Source of the DNA: Raillietiella orientalis
Taxonomy: Eukaryota
NCBI GenBank assembly: GCA_036172245.1
Contig: JAYWIR010000026.1
Span: forward strand, 992,001-1,056,000
Reading direction: 5' to 3'
DNA length: 64,000 nucleotides
A program made the translations under genes and the position numbers. The notes beneath the pieces are model-generated. The model worked only from the letters and a program-made list of their open reading frames with translations. It did no database searches and was not told the origin of the DNA. Position 1 is the stretch's first letter; each line of letters starts with the position of its first letter. This document shows positions 46,120 to 60,036 of this stretch, piece by piece.

Positions 46120-49100
46120 TTTTTCACCCGGTTGTGCCAAGGCATTTATTCTTTGGAATAAAACAAACGTTGGTGGCCGACCAGGTGGTCCGGCCACACA
46201 CTGGTATACAAAATGAAGCCTGCTGGGTCACCGGTTCGTATTCCGGTACGGTCCATCACGACAGCAGAGGGGCCAAGGACAAAACAAAAAATAAAACAAA
46301 AAAAAAAAGAAATATATAAAATCAAGATCTGGGGGCACGGGAAGGGATCACAGTTTCCTGTGGGGCCGTTACATCCTTTGCAGGATGCCGGCAAGCTGCT
46401 TTTGGATGTTTGAATACAAATGGGTCCATCTTATCGCCGTCCGCATAAATTCGGCTGCGCACTGGACGGCACTTTTATCGCGAGGTCCTCCCGTTGCCTT
46501 GCTCCATGAAGCGAGAATCCCGCGAAAGCAGCACAGAGCTGCTAACAAGGCCGAGGACCGAAGGGCGTCGCAAACGAAGAGGGATCTAATTGCGTCTCTG
46601 GGGTTGCCACAGAAGTTACCGATTGCCGCTGCACAACGGTTCCAAAGGGGCCGAACAGCCACACAATCCAAAAGGAAGTGAGTGAGGGAGTCCCGTTCTC
46701 CACACCTCGCACAATTAGGGCTCACCGCTTCCTAGGTACAATGGTGTCGGCGGGCGTTGCAGGGGAGTCCCCAATGCAGAAGCAGTAGCGCCGACTCCTG
46801 CCATTTTAAGGGGAGGGTGGAGGTGTTCATCAGCACCGAGGGCCACTTCAATTGTTTCCGCGGAACATTAAGCAGTTCGCCCCAGCTCAAAAGTCCAATA
46901 GGGGTGGTAGTCCGGGCCGCGGTATCGCAGAGAATTCCCGTTTTCCATTCCCCGATCTTTTTCTCCGTACCGGAGATTTTGATGTAAACATCCCATTTCG
47001 CTGCAGTGTTGCTGTTTAAATGTTCCGCGAACGGAAACAGCATTACAGCGAGGGGAGTTTTTCTTGCCCACGCTCGTTTTTGGGGGTTCTCCAGGACCTC
47101 CCGGAGCGTCAGGCGGTCATTAAGGGCGAAGAATTGTCTCTGCAATTCTTAGGTGCGTTGCTGATTGCTCTTTGCCCACGTCTGAACCGATTCCTGCAGC
47201 CATGCATGTCCGTTAACGTCGCGACAGCAGAGCCATCCTGCGTTCTTCCTCATCAGGTCAGCCACTCTCCAACCCGCAGTGACCGACAAGGCGGCGCCGA
47301 CGGAGCGCAAGGAAGGATGACAGTTTCACCTTGCCTGTAGCCTGCTCGACGAGGAGACGTGCGTTCTCGCACCAACTGCTATTCCAATATTTCGCCACCA
47401 TGGCGAGTAACCGAAACTGGGGCTGGAGCTCCAGCCGCTCTAGCGTCAGGAGGCCGAGACTGCCGTCCCGACGCAGAGCGCTCAAGTCCTCAAGCCGGAC
47501 TCGGGCCCTCCCATTACCCCACAGGGCAATCCTTAGGAGGTCCTTCGTCTGCTTTTAAGTTTCTGTGGTGAGGGGACAAACAAAAAGCAGGGAACGGAGG
47601 AGGGGCGCCGCGAATGCGTTCCACACCGCAGCCCGTTACGGCAGGAAAAATCTTCGGCCTTGAAACGGGCCGATCGCCGTCTCTACCTTTTGAAGGCAGC
47701 TGGACCACGCATCCGAAGGGAGATAATCACCCATCGGTACACTGAGGTACTTGAAGTACCGTACCGTGGGGATCCCCAAACGGACCCAGTCCGACTGCCC
47801 TACCCACGCCGCACCGATTGGCATGACGGACGACTTCGTCCTGTTCACCTCAAGCCCGGTTCTCCGACTTAGCAGGTCGAAGAACTCATCGACCGCCGAT
47901 GCCGGGGTGGACATATGGAGCAGCAGCAGTAGGTCGTCCGCATATGCTAACACCGCGGGCGTACCGGGATAGTCGCGAGGCAGGTGCGCTAGAGTTTCCC
48001 TGTACGCTCTCAGTACCAACTCGAAGTAGGTACTAAAGAGCAAGGGACTCAAGCTGTCTCCCTGCCGTATGCCGCGTCGCACCGGTACGCCGTGCACGGT
48101 GTGTCCACTGAAAAAGATCTGGATGAGCGCGTCGCGCAAGCAGGAACCCAGGTAGGTCAGCAAAGAGACCGGGCAGCCCAAGCGTTCCAGGAGCTCCAGC
48201 AGGAGCCTCTGGTCGACACAGTCGAATGCTTTATGCAAATCGACTGCGACTGCGAGGGGTCCCTCCCCCTCAACCATCCCGTTTCCTAGCGGCGGACATT
48301 CCAGAAGTCCGGTTGCCCATCCTGACCCTTTCCTGTTGGAGCGCGAAAAAGGTGCTGGCGAGGAACAGATTGGCATCCATGCTCCGCCCGGGAAAAGCAT
48401 ATGTCTGCTCCGGGCTAATGAAGCTTTCCGCTAATCGCCTTAGGCGTTCAGCCCACAATTTCGCCAGCAACTTGGCGTCCGCGTTTATCACGGTAATCGG
48501 TCGCCGGTTACTCATGCTCCGAAGGTCTCCCTTAGGGAGGAGACGCACCTTTCCCGAAAGAAACGATGCACGGACGTCACCCGTTTTGCGGATCAGCAAG
48601 GTGAGTTTCTTCACCAGAGGAGTGAGCTTTGCCGCGAAACATTGAAAAAGTTCCGATGGCAGGCCGTCCTTCCCTGGAGCCTTGCGCCTCTTGAGCTTTC
48701 CGATGGCCGAGATGATTTCAACCATCGTGAAAGGCTCGTCGAGGGTCTTTCTATCTTCCTCCCCGATAGCTAGAGCGCCCTCCGGAAGAACAAGTCGCAA
48801 GACATCCCGTTCCGGTGAAGCGCGCGCGTACATGGAGGTATAGAATTTTTTTAATAAGCCTTTTACCTGGGCGGGGGCCGAGTGCACCGAACCCTGGTCG
48901 TCCAGTAAGCTGGCCGACCCGGATTGCCACGCCTGCCTCTCGGCTCCCGCACGGTATTCGGCCAGCCTGCGTACGTCTGGTGTTCACGCTTAACATCGAG
49001 ATTGTAAATACCATCTCTCGTTACGCACGCTTACACCAAACCCGGCAGGCAGGAGGTTCATAGGAAACTCGTCGTAAGAATTCCGGACCAAGCGCTTGAA

Positions 49101-52100
49101 GCGGTCCCAGTCCTGAAGCGTCTGCAAGCTAAAACCTCGTATGAATCCGCGGAAATGCTCCGCGGCTTCCGGAAGTTTCAGTCAGTCCCACGGTAAGCGC
49201 CACGCAGATGACGGCGGACCCCTATGTCGTAAGCGCACCTCGAGTACGATCCTGTCATGGTCCGATAGTTCCGACGGTAACTTGCCGCGCCTGCCTACGC
49301 GTGAGCATAGGTGCTGGTCAAGAAACACGTGATCTATGCTGTCGGCCATTTCCGGATCTCCCGCGAACAAGTTGCGCTTGTGCATCTCTGCGCACAGCTC
49401 GTTCACGCGGTCCCGAAGTGTGTCGGACGCGCCTGACAGCAGGCGCAGGTTAAAGTCACCTGCGATTAGGTGCGCTTTGCGCACTCCCGCTTCGTCCAGA
49501 TATTCGCGCCTCAGGGTAAGGAAGAAATCTCTCCATGCCTTTGCCCTTAGCGCGTCGCTGCCGCTTGGGGCGTACACGTTGGTAATGGCCAGATCGATGG
49601 AGTCGGACCACCTGATGGTAAACTGCCCGACGCGACCGGCACTATCGAACTGTACGCCCTTTGCCGCAGCCTCGACAGCTGGACGTAGCAGGAACGCGAC
49701 ACCGCAAGATTTACCGGTGCCGCAACGCTACAGCGGCCGTTTACCCGAGATACGCTCGATCTATGTTGCCCGATCTGCGGAGATCACGTGGATCTCTTGC
49801 AGCAGCACCAGGTCGAACGATGCCAGGGTGGAGGCCACGTCTCGTCTCTTGCCGTCGTCGCTTAGCCCGTTGACGTTCAACAGGCAATTCGCAGACGGCG
49901 GCAAGAGACGATTCTTGGCATTAAGGCTAGGAACGTGGCGTTGCAACACCTGTCAACGGACAGGTGGGAGCGACGAGTAAGGAAACCGCGGCCATCTCAG
50001 GGACTTGAAGCACCTGGCGCACAGACTCTACCCTTTCCCTCCCTCCGGGGTCGCAGGGTGAGGTTACCTCTCGAGGAGAGTCCCCGGAGTTCCCCACTTT
50101 ATTGACAAGCTCGCTTACCACGATTATCTCTCCCTTTTCCACGGACGGGATAATTTTGCAAGTAGCCTTCTTCGTGCGATTGGCCTTCGGGCGGGAGGCC
50201 GCGATGCAACAGGCTGTTTTTCGCCTCTGGGTCAGAGTTCGGAATCTCCGACTCCTTGATCGAGGTCGGACGCCTTAAGGCATTTTTCGCGGATTTAAGC
50301 TGACGCTGCAAGGACGCAGCGAGCTCCTCCGCCGATCGCTCAAAGGTGACGTCGTCGAGCATGCGTTCGACGACAACGGTGCACTGACGTGTTCTGTGTT
50401 GCTCCTCGAGCGTGATTCCTTTCCGTCTTCTTGTGTGTGGTGTGCCCGAGTGCGTTCACTGGGATGTCCACGGAGCCCCTGCAGCCAAAGATAAATGTGG
50501 AGGCTGCTAGTGGCAGTGGAGATTCTACTCCAGCTGTCCGGTTCGCCTCTGATTTTTGTGTCTCGCCACCGGCGAGAAGCTTCGCCGCCGTCGTCAAGGC
50601 GGCGGCAGCCAACGGAGCACCGCCCGACGAACCAGAGCTGCAGGCATATGCAGCCCATGGCTACAAGCCTGCGCTCTGCTATCCGGTGAGTGCTTCTATC
50701 TCCGACGGGATCGGAGAAAATTTGTGGGACGAGCTTTTCGCGTCGGGGTCCGACAGGACGACCTCCTGGCCGTCATGCCGGTTAACGCGCTCCGAAACTG
50801 GGAGGTGCACTGCAAAGAGGCATCCCTAGTCCAGCGCCTTGTCCGCACCCCGCTAAACATGCGCGGGAAGGAGGTCGTCCCGTCGGCCATCGACCAGTCG
50901 TTCGTGGTCCGATTGTCCGCCGTCCAGGTGGACACGCCCGATCGCGTGCTCGTCGCTGCACTTAGTGCATTCGCCACGTTGCACGCGCTGTGGAGAGCAG
51001 ACAATCCGTTCAAAAGGATTGCATCTCTCCACAGCGGACTCGCCATGGCGGGTGTCACCATGGCGGATAGGAGGCAAATGCCTCCGCACTTGCAGGTGAA
51101 CGATGCGATCGTCCACCATAAATTTGCCGGTCAGCGACCGGCTTGCGGCATTTGCGGTGCCGAGGGCCACCGTCCGTGGACGTGCCCTTCACGCAACTGC
51201 CGCTATTGTAAACAGCTCGGCCACTCCATCAAAAAGTGCGCCGAGCGGAAGAGAAAGAGGCAGGCGAAAAGCCGCCAACAATCGACCCCGTCCGCGCCGA
51301 AAAGATCCCCCGTTGTGCCACGGGAGAAATCGGGCGCGAAGGGCTGGGCATCTTCGAGTGGAGGTACCGCGAAAAAGGGCGCGGTTGCTTCAGTAAAGCC
51401 ATCATCCCAGACAACCGCGCAGACGGGAAAGATGCCACGTCGCCGTGGGGGCAAATCGCTCCCTTCGAAGCAGCCTAAGAGCGCGGGCACGCACTCAATC
51501 AAGGCTGCTTAACCGTCCGCGTCCGCTTGCGCGTCCAGCGGACCACACGGAAAACCGTGCGCGGGTACCCTCGGAACTGCCTCTGAACGGCAGTCTCCTC
51601 CTACGGCGGTGGAGATCACGTCTTCCACGCCGGAGGCACGAGCAGCGAAAGCTGCAATAGCGCCTCGCGGGACGACGGCAATGACCGCCGTTTCGCCCGC
51701 ATCGGCTAAGGAGCAGGTGCAGTGCGTAACGGGGACGGAGCAACTGGTGAGCGAGGTATGCGCGTCCGTGGGCGTGCAAAACTTGCTTGCTGGTGAGCCC
51801 GGGATGGAGAGATCGCCGGACCATGCGTTCCTCGATGAACACCTGCTCTCACGAGTAGGCCGGAGAGGGCGCCTGCTGTCCGCGATTTCGGATCATCCGA
51901 GACTGGAGTTCGAGCTCCTCCCGCCTGGCAAAGGGCCTTTAATGAATGTCTGGAGGCTGCCGGCCGACTGGCTTAGCAATTCGGAGGCGGCGGAGCATCT
52001 CCGCCAACACCTGCAGGGCTGCGCCATCTGTGAACTCGAAGACTGAGACGATCTGAAAAGATCGGTCTGCTAGTTCTGCTGCCGGTTCCCCTTGCACCTG

Positions 52101-55100
52101 CTTCCCCGCGGCTTCGGAAAGGGTGTCGCGAACAGCAGATCGTATCTGCAGGCGCGTACCTTTTCACGATGCCCGGACGTCCGGCGTCTGGCGGAGTATA
52201 AGGCCAGGGCCGAGCGCCAGGTTTCGCAGTCTGGAGCGGCTTGTCTGCTCGATGACGCTGGCCAGGAATGCTCGGCTGCAGCCGAAGTACACCGCGTAGT
52301 CAAGCGCTACTACTCCTTGTTGTACGCGGAGGAGCCCACGGAACGCAGTCTCTCCGAGCTGCTTCTTCCGACGGGCAACCCTGCTATCGACGAGGAGGAA
52401 CGCGCCAGATTGGATTAGCCCTTCACGGCGGAAGAAGTATCTTTTGCCATAGCGGGCCTGAAGAGGCGTAAGGCGCCTGGGGAGGATGGCCTGCCCGCGG
52501 AGTTCTTTCAGTGCTTCGCGGAGGAGCTCGTCCCCCTGGTGCTAAGCCTTTCCTCGCTGATGCGTGAGACGGGAGATGTTCCCGCTTCTTTCCGCTCAGC
52601 AAACGTGCGACTCCTGCCGAAAGGCGGTGATTTGCGCCACCTCAGCAACTGGCGTCCGACTACTTCGGTGAATTCGGACGTCAAGCTGTTCTCCAGGCTA
52701 TGGGTCGCGCGCCTGGGGAGAATCGCAGAGTCCTTGGTAAGTCCGGAGCAGACGTCTGCTGTTCCGGGGCGGTCCATGGACGCGAATCTCTTCTTCGCGC
52801 GAACATGGTTCGAGTTGCAGCAGCGCGTGGCGCAGCAGATCCAGGCAGCCGAAATCGCCGCTGCCAAAGGAAAGCGGCGGTGTTCAAGGCACGATGGAAC
52901 GCCGGGAGCCTTAGCGGTCGCCGTCGATCTCTGCAAAGCGTTCGACAGCGGAAACCAGGACCTCCTTCTGGAGCTTCTGGGACGCCTAGGGCTCCCGACG
53001 CACCTCATCGCCTACTTGCGCTCCTGCTGGCGCCACGCGTTATGCTGTATCTCTTTCAGCGGGCGTCACGTGTACGGTGTTCCCATACGGCGATGTATCA
53101 GGCAGGGAGACAGCTTAAGCCCCCTGCTCTTCAGCATCTTCTTTGAGTTGGTGCTGAGGGCGTACAGGCTGAAGCTGGCCAACCTGCCGAGCTTCTGCCC
53201 GGGAACACCGGCCGTGGCCGCCTATGCTGACGACCTTCTCCTGCTGCTGCCCATGTCCACTCCGGCGTCCAGGCTCGAGGACTTCTTCGAGCTCATTCGT
53301 CGGGGAGCAGGCCTGAGCGTGAACAGGACGAAATCAACCGTTGTACCGGTTGGCTCTACGTGGGAGGGGCAGTCCGACTGCATCCGCCTGGGGATCCCCA
53401 CGGGCAGGCGCTTGAAGTACCTCGGCATTCCCTTGGGCGCCTTCTGTCCATCAGAAGGGTGGTCGGACTGCCTTCACATGGCCGAGACAGCTCTGCGCCC
53501 GTTCCAAGGCGGCAGGTTTGTCCTGTCGGAACGGGCCTTCGTGTGGAACATTTTCGTTGCCCCTCTCCTCCGTCCCCTCTTTTTTGTTTGTCTTCCTCCC
53601 TACTCGGCTAAGCGCCGGGCGCAACGCCTGTTGCGTAACGCCCTGTGGGGACCGGCGAGGTCCAGGATACGCCTGAAGGACTTGGCGGCTCCTCGGCGGG
53701 ATGCAGGATTGGGCATCCTGACGCTGGAGCGGATCGGACTGCTAGTGCAGTTCCGCATGCTGGCACTTTGTGCGCAGCTCTGGACTACTCCCTGGTGTGC
53801 TCCAGCGCGGCTGCTGCTGCGGCGCAGCACGGGTAGCGACGGACTACGTTCGTTGCATCTGCGCACGGAGCGCGCCCAGAGAGAATTCGGCTTCCCTTTG
53901 AAGCAGCTCGCCACGCTTCTGGGGAAGCATGAGTGGATCTCCTGCCGGCCGATGAACTTCAACGCCTGGAGGCAGGAATACTTATCGTCCTGGGCAGCAC
54001 AACAGGATGTGTCCCGTTTAGAGCTCCGTTGCGTGAGACTTTCCCCATACTGTCCAGTGGGGGAGGTGCTGGAAGACCAGGACCAGTGGACACGCCTAGC
54101 CGCTACGCCACTCGCCGAAGCACTGTGTGCACTGATTTTGCGAGATGACAGTGACCTGCCGGCGAGGTTGGAGATCAGTTGCGAAATCGCAGGCGAAACC
54201 CGACTGCTGGGCGGCTGGCGGACTTGCGAAGTGGCTGACGCTGCCACACCTCGCATTCTTGCAAAGGGGCTTCTCCGGTAGAGTGAGCTCCTCGGGGTGC
54301 CCACCGATGAACTTGTGGTCCCTTCTGCGTGTTTGGACGCGACTCTCTTCCCCCTTTCGTTGGAAACAGGACGCTTTTCTGCTGGTGCATTGGGGTTTGT
54401 ACTGCAACCAGCGGGCGCACCTGATTTCCGGGGGAGTTGCGTCCCTGAACTGTGCCAAATGCGGAGCGGTGGAATTGCTTCCTCATTTGCTGTTTGAGTG
54501 CGGTGCCCTCCAGGAGCTGTGGCAGCGGCTGTCTTCAGCGCTCCTGCACCCTGGACACACCGCACTGGATTGGATGCGCCGCTTCTACACGCGTGGCGGT
54601 CTTTCTCTTAAAGCGGTCGTCGCAATCATCTGCTGCGTGCGCGCCATTGTCAGGGCCCGCCACGTATTGCAGATGCGAGCAATCCCAACATCGGTCCCCG
54701 ACACCGCAGCCTGCAACCTGCAACTGGCTGCCGGTTGGCCACATCTTGGAGCAGAAGTGAGGATGGAGATCGGCGGCATTCACCGCCGGTTCCGAGAATA
54801 GGAACGGTTAGATTGTATACCCCTGTCCCCGCCCTCCCACCCAGTTTATTTATTTATTGTCCCACCCCCTCCCGTTCCGAACTCTCAGTGTGCCCGTACT
54901 GCGTTCCGGGAAATCTACTCCCCATTTTCTGTTCCCCTTGCCTGGGAACACAGTTCTCAGTTGATATTATAATGAACGTCCCGGCGCATCCGGGTAATAA
55001 ACGACGGACGCCACCGCCGGGTCGTGAGCCTCCGGCATTAATTTGCCGGAGGGCTAAAAGTCGGCAGCGACAAGTGCAACTTTGTTGCTCTGTTGGACCG

Positions 55101-56276
55101 CAGGAAAGCGCTTGATGACGACAGAGCAGCGCTTGATATTTTCGCCACGCGCCAAAATCTCACTGCGTTTCGCGACATTTTTTTTTTTTGCTTCCTTGAG
55201 GCTTTTCTGCTTCTTGGATTTTCCTACCTGCCATTCAGGTTCATGGCCGTTCTCGACCTTGTCCGAGTTTTCCAAGATGTCGGAGCTGAGCTTCACCTGG
55301 GGCACGATAGTTGTTTTTGAGCGGCGGTTCTCTCTCGGGCTGCCTGAACTCGTCTTTTTCTCGCCGCGCGCTTCTTCGCATTCCGTGCGGACTCGACGCA
55401 GACTTCATTTTGCGGGCACACTGGAAGTGTGTGCCCGGGTTGCTTGCATTGCTTGCATTGCAATTAAGGCACCTTTTTTTCAGGTGACCTGAAGTGCTGC
55501 AATCCCCGCAGAAATGCGGCTTACCGACACACCAGATGTCAACGGGTTCGCTGTTGACCTCCAGCTTGTTAGGTACGGAGCAACCCTCGCGGACCATGAT
55601 GCGCGCGGAAGCCATACCGCAATTCAGGAGATCGTACTCCCAAAACGAAGTCGGCCTTTTCCACAACGCGTGGACAGTTCCAAATTTAACTAGTTCCTTT
55701 CGGACAGCCTCTTCGGCCATCCGGAAGGTGATTCCGAGGAGGTGGATTACGATAGATCTATCCTCCGTGATGGGGAGGAGCCAACGATTCCCTAAAGGAA
55801 CAGGTGTACGGAGCAGACGCTGGGCAAGACTTGCTTCTTTGCAATTCACCTCAACGTACTGTCCACCACTCCTGATGGTCATCGCCAAGAGCTCCTCCTG
55901 TGGTACTTTGAGGGATTGCATCGCTTTCGAGAAAGCGCGTGCACTCTCAAAGGAGTAAAGGTTGCCTACTTTGTAGAGTAGACAGGGATTGTACCCCTTC
56001 TCCAGGTAGGCTTTTAACTCAGCCGCAGCCGCTTGTGTTGGCGCGGCAGTCATGGAAATCCAGCTTCTCCCTAGCGAGGGGTCCCTTCTGTGGGGGCGGA
56101 TGCCCCCACATCCATTGATTCAGGAGGCGACATAGACGTCGCCCCCTCCTCAACATTGGTGATGGTCCCAGGCATTGCTGCCTAGCCACCACCGAATCCA
56201 CTGGCACACCAAGAAAAAAAAGAAAGAAAATTAAACCACAAACGCTCAAGAGCGAAACAAAAACCCGTCCGCTCTC
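46120..56276 (-). mobile_element. Copy K (lineage 2): full-length but degraded, 46120-50379 and 55001-56276, split by A3
   Basis: 5' GGACGGG 56270-56264; ORF1 56053-55241; APE 49900-49200; RT with YADD ~47940; hairpin 46125-46150. Confidence 0.87.
50380..55000 (+). mobile_element. Copy A3 (lineage 1): both termini, ~1.2 kb internal deletion, antisense in ORF1 of K
   Basis: 5' UTR matches A1; deletion at ~51741; RT frame 52539-54281 with YADD; hairpin 54971-54995; candidate TSD AC(A/G)ACGG 50373-50379 / 55001-55007. Confidence 0.9.
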
Positions 56277-59200
56277 GCTCTTGGACTTGGACGATCTGAA
56301 AAGATCGGTCCGCAAGTTCTGCTGCCAAATCTTCTTGCGCCTGCTTCCTCGTGGCTCCGGGGAAGGCGTCGCCAACAGCAGAGAGTTTCTGCAGGCCCGG
56401 CAATTCTCCCGATGTCTGGACGTCCGGTACCTTGCGGAGTACAAGGCCAAGGCCGAGCGCCAGGTCTGGCAGTCAGGAGCGGCTTGTCTGCTCGACGACC
56501 AGGGCCTGGAGTGCTTGGGCGCGGCCGACGTGCGCCGCCTCCTAAAGCCCTACTACTCCTCGTTGTATGCTAGGGAGCCGACGGAACGCAGTCTCTCGGA
56601 GGTGCTTCTGCCGGCGGATTCCCCTGCGCTCGACGAGGAGGAACGCGCCACTCTTGACTTGCCCTTCACGGCAGAAGAAGTGTCTTCCGCCATAGCAAAC
56701 CTCAAGAAGCGCAAGGCGCCAGGTGAGGATGGTCTGCCTGCGGAGTTCTTCCAGTGCTTCGCGGCGGAACTCATCCCCTTGGTGCTGAGGCTTTCAGCGC
56801 TGATGCGAGAGACGGGCAATGTACCGGCCTCGTTTCGCTCAGCAAGGGTGCGTCTCTTGCTGAAACGCGGAGACATGCGCCATTTAAGCAACTGGCGTCC
56901 CATCACCTTGGTGAATGCGGACGTCAAGTTTTTCTCCAGGATCTGGGTCGCGCGCCTAGGCAGGATCGCTGGATCCGTGGTAAGTCCGGAGCATCTTACG
57001 CTGTTCTCGGGCGGTCCATGGAGGCGAACCTGTTCTTCGCGCGCACGTGGCTTGAGCTGCAAGCTTGCGTGGCGCACGACAGCCACGCCACCGCATCTGC
57101 GGCTGCCCAGGCTAGGCGTCGCTGCATTCGGTCTGTGGAAGAGCCGGGTGCCTTGGCGGTCGCAATCGATCTCCGCAAAACGTTCAAGTTTCACCCGGAT
57201 TTTCAAGGGGTGTTTATTACAAAATTAACATCTACAAAGACGTGCAGTGGCTCGACCAGTGCTCCAGCCACGCACGAAGAAACACAGAGCCTCCCAAGTC
57301 ACCCTACCCAGGTCCAGTGGTGTCTGCGAGAGTTGCATGGGAGTCCCCAGTGCTGCAACAGAAATGCCGACTCCTGCCATTCAAAGGGGAGGGTGTAGGT
57401 GTTTATTTGTACCGGGGACCAATTAAAACGTTTGATGGGAACGTCGAGCAGCGCGCCCCAGCGAAGAAGTCCATGCGTAGGCGTACTCGGGGTGGTAGCG
57501 TCAGTCAGCTGACCCGTCTTCCACTCCTCTCTTCTTCTCCTTTCCAGAGATTCTAACTGTAACCTCCCACTTCGCCGCAACATCACTGTTTACATCTTCC
57601 ATCAGGAAGGGCAGAGCAGCAGCGAGTATGGTTCTTCCTGCCCACGCTCTCTTCCTTGGATCCTTTAGGATCTCGCGGAGCGTGCAATTTCTGTAACCCC
57701 CAAACAGGAACCTTCGTTCCTGTTGCGAGCGTTGCATGCCGAACTGTCCCCACGTTCGAACGGTTTCCCGCAACCAGGCACTTCCGTTTAAAGAGCGACA
57801 AGTGACCAATCCTGGGTTTTTCCGGTACAGCGCAGCCACCCTCCGTAGCTGGGATCCGCATCGGTTGACGCGGCGACGGAGTGCAAGAAACGACGTCAGA
57901 CTGGTCTTGCCGGTGGCTTGCTGGAGAGTGAGACGTGCAGGGACGCACCAACAGGTACACCACAACTCTGGAACAAGTGTCGACAATCGGAACTGGAGCT
58001 GAAGCTCCAGCCTCTCTAGCGTCAGGAGACCCAGACCACCGTCCCGACGAGGAGCGCACAAGTCCTTTAAGTGGACTCGGGCACTACCGGTGCCCCAAAG
58101 GACGATACTTTAAAGGTTCTTTGTCCGCTTTTTAATTCTCTCTGTGGGGGAACAAACAAAAAGCAGGGGGCGGAGGAGAGGAGCCGCGAACGTGTTCCAA
58201 ACCGCGGCCTGTTCAGGCAGGAAAAACCTGCCGCCTCGGAACGGGCCGATCGCCGTCTCTACTTTTTGGAGGCAGCAGGACCACGCTTCCGCAGGGGAGT
58301 AGTTTCCCAACGGCACACCAAGGTACTTGAAGTACCTCACCGTGGGGATCTTCAAACGAACCCATTCCTGCTGCCCTGCCCACGCCGCACCAACTGGCAT
58401 CACGGACGACTTCGCCCTGTTAACCGTAAGTCCGGTTCCCCGATGCAGCAGGTCGTAGAACTCCTCGACCGCCGAAGCCCGGGTGGACATAGGGAGCAGC
58501 AGCAGAAGGTAGTTCGCGTACGCTGAAACAGCCGGCGTACCGGCACAGTCGTGCGGCAGGTGCGCCAGAGTTCCCCTGTACGCTCTCAGTACCAACTCAA
58601 AGTACGTACTGAAGAGCAAGGGGCTCAGGCTGTCTTTCTGCCGGATCCCACGCCACACCGGCATGCCGTGCACGGTCTGCCCGCTGAAAGTAACATTGAT
58701 GAGCGCGACGCGCCAGCAGGAGCGCAAATAGGCCTCTAATTAGGCCGGAAAGCCCAAGCGTTCCAGAACTCAAGAAGGAGATTCTCGTCGACGCAATCGA
58801 ATGCTGTCTGCGAGTCGAATGCGACCGCAAGGGCTCCCTCCCCCACCCGACCACCCAACTTCTTGCCGGCGCACGCACCGGAATTCCGGCTGCGCTTCAA
58901 GCTCCTCTCATTTTGGAGCTCTAGCCAGGTGGAAGCGTGGAACAGGCTCTCCTGCATGCTTCGCCCGGGAACAAAATATGTCTGTTCCGGGCTGATGAGG
59001 ATGTTTGCAACCCGTCCCAGACGCTCTGCCCAAACCTTAGCCAGCAACTTAGCGTCCGCATTTACTATTGTGTTTGAACGCCAGTTGTTCATGCTCCGCA
59101 GATCTCCTCCCTTAGGGAGGAGCCGTACCTTTGCCGAACGAAACGAGGCGCTAACTTCACCGCTCTGGCGTATCAGCATGGTGAGTTTCTGAACCAGGGG

Positions 59201-60036
59201 GGTAAGCTTAATCGCGAAAGTTTGGAAGAACTCCGCGGGCAGGCCGTTCTCCTCTGGAGGTTTGAGTCTCTTGAGCTTTCCGATGGTCGAGAGGATCTCG
59301 TCCTTCGTGAAGGGCTCGTCGAGAGTCTTTATGTCCTCCTCCTTGTTTGGTGGAGAGCTTTTCAGAAGCAGGAGTCGTAAGACGTTCCTCTCCAGAGGTG
59401 CCATGGCATACAGGGAGGAATAGTATCTCCGCATCAGGCCGCGAATTTGGACAAGTACCGAGTGCTCCTTGTCCTGATCGTCCACCAAGCTGGCCGATCC
59501 GCACTGACAGGCTTGCCTCTCGGCTCCCGCTTTGTATTCCGCCTGCCTGCGGATGTCGGAGGTCCTAACGTAACGACGGGCCCGCGGATAGGCTCGTTCG
59601 TTACGGACCGCGGTTCCAAAACCCGTAGGTAGGCGGTGCAGAGGGAACTGATGGCAGAACTCCTGGACCGACCGCTTGATGCGGTCCCAATTCTGGAGTG
59701 TCCGCAGCCTGAAGCTCCGTATGAACGTGCGGAGATGTTACGCCGCGTCCGGGCGCTCCAGCCAGTCCCCTGGGAGACGCCACGCTGTCAAGGGGGGGCT
59801 TCTGTTGCGCGGATGGATCTCGAGAACTAGCGGGCGATGGTCGGATAGCTCTCACGGTAACTTGCCGCGCCTGCCCACGCGAGGGCACAGGTGCTCGTCA
59901 AGAAACACGTGGTCAATGCTGTCTTCGATCCTCGGTGCACTGGCCAACAAATTACAGGTGTGCACCGCCATGCACACCTCGTTGACAAGGTCACGCTCGG
60001 GATTCTGCCCATGTGGTTTCAGGCCAACGTTGAAAT

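Larger units (their letters stand above)
43944..57188 (+). mobile_element. Copy J (lineage 1): 43944-46119 and 56277-57188, split by K; ends at the RT KAFD motif
   Basis: ORF1 knuckles, APE 45297-46119 ending AVGEL; resumes L(L)D(L)DDLKRSVR at 56277, which is the continuation seen in A1 (GELEDWDDLKRSVR). Confidence 0.85.
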
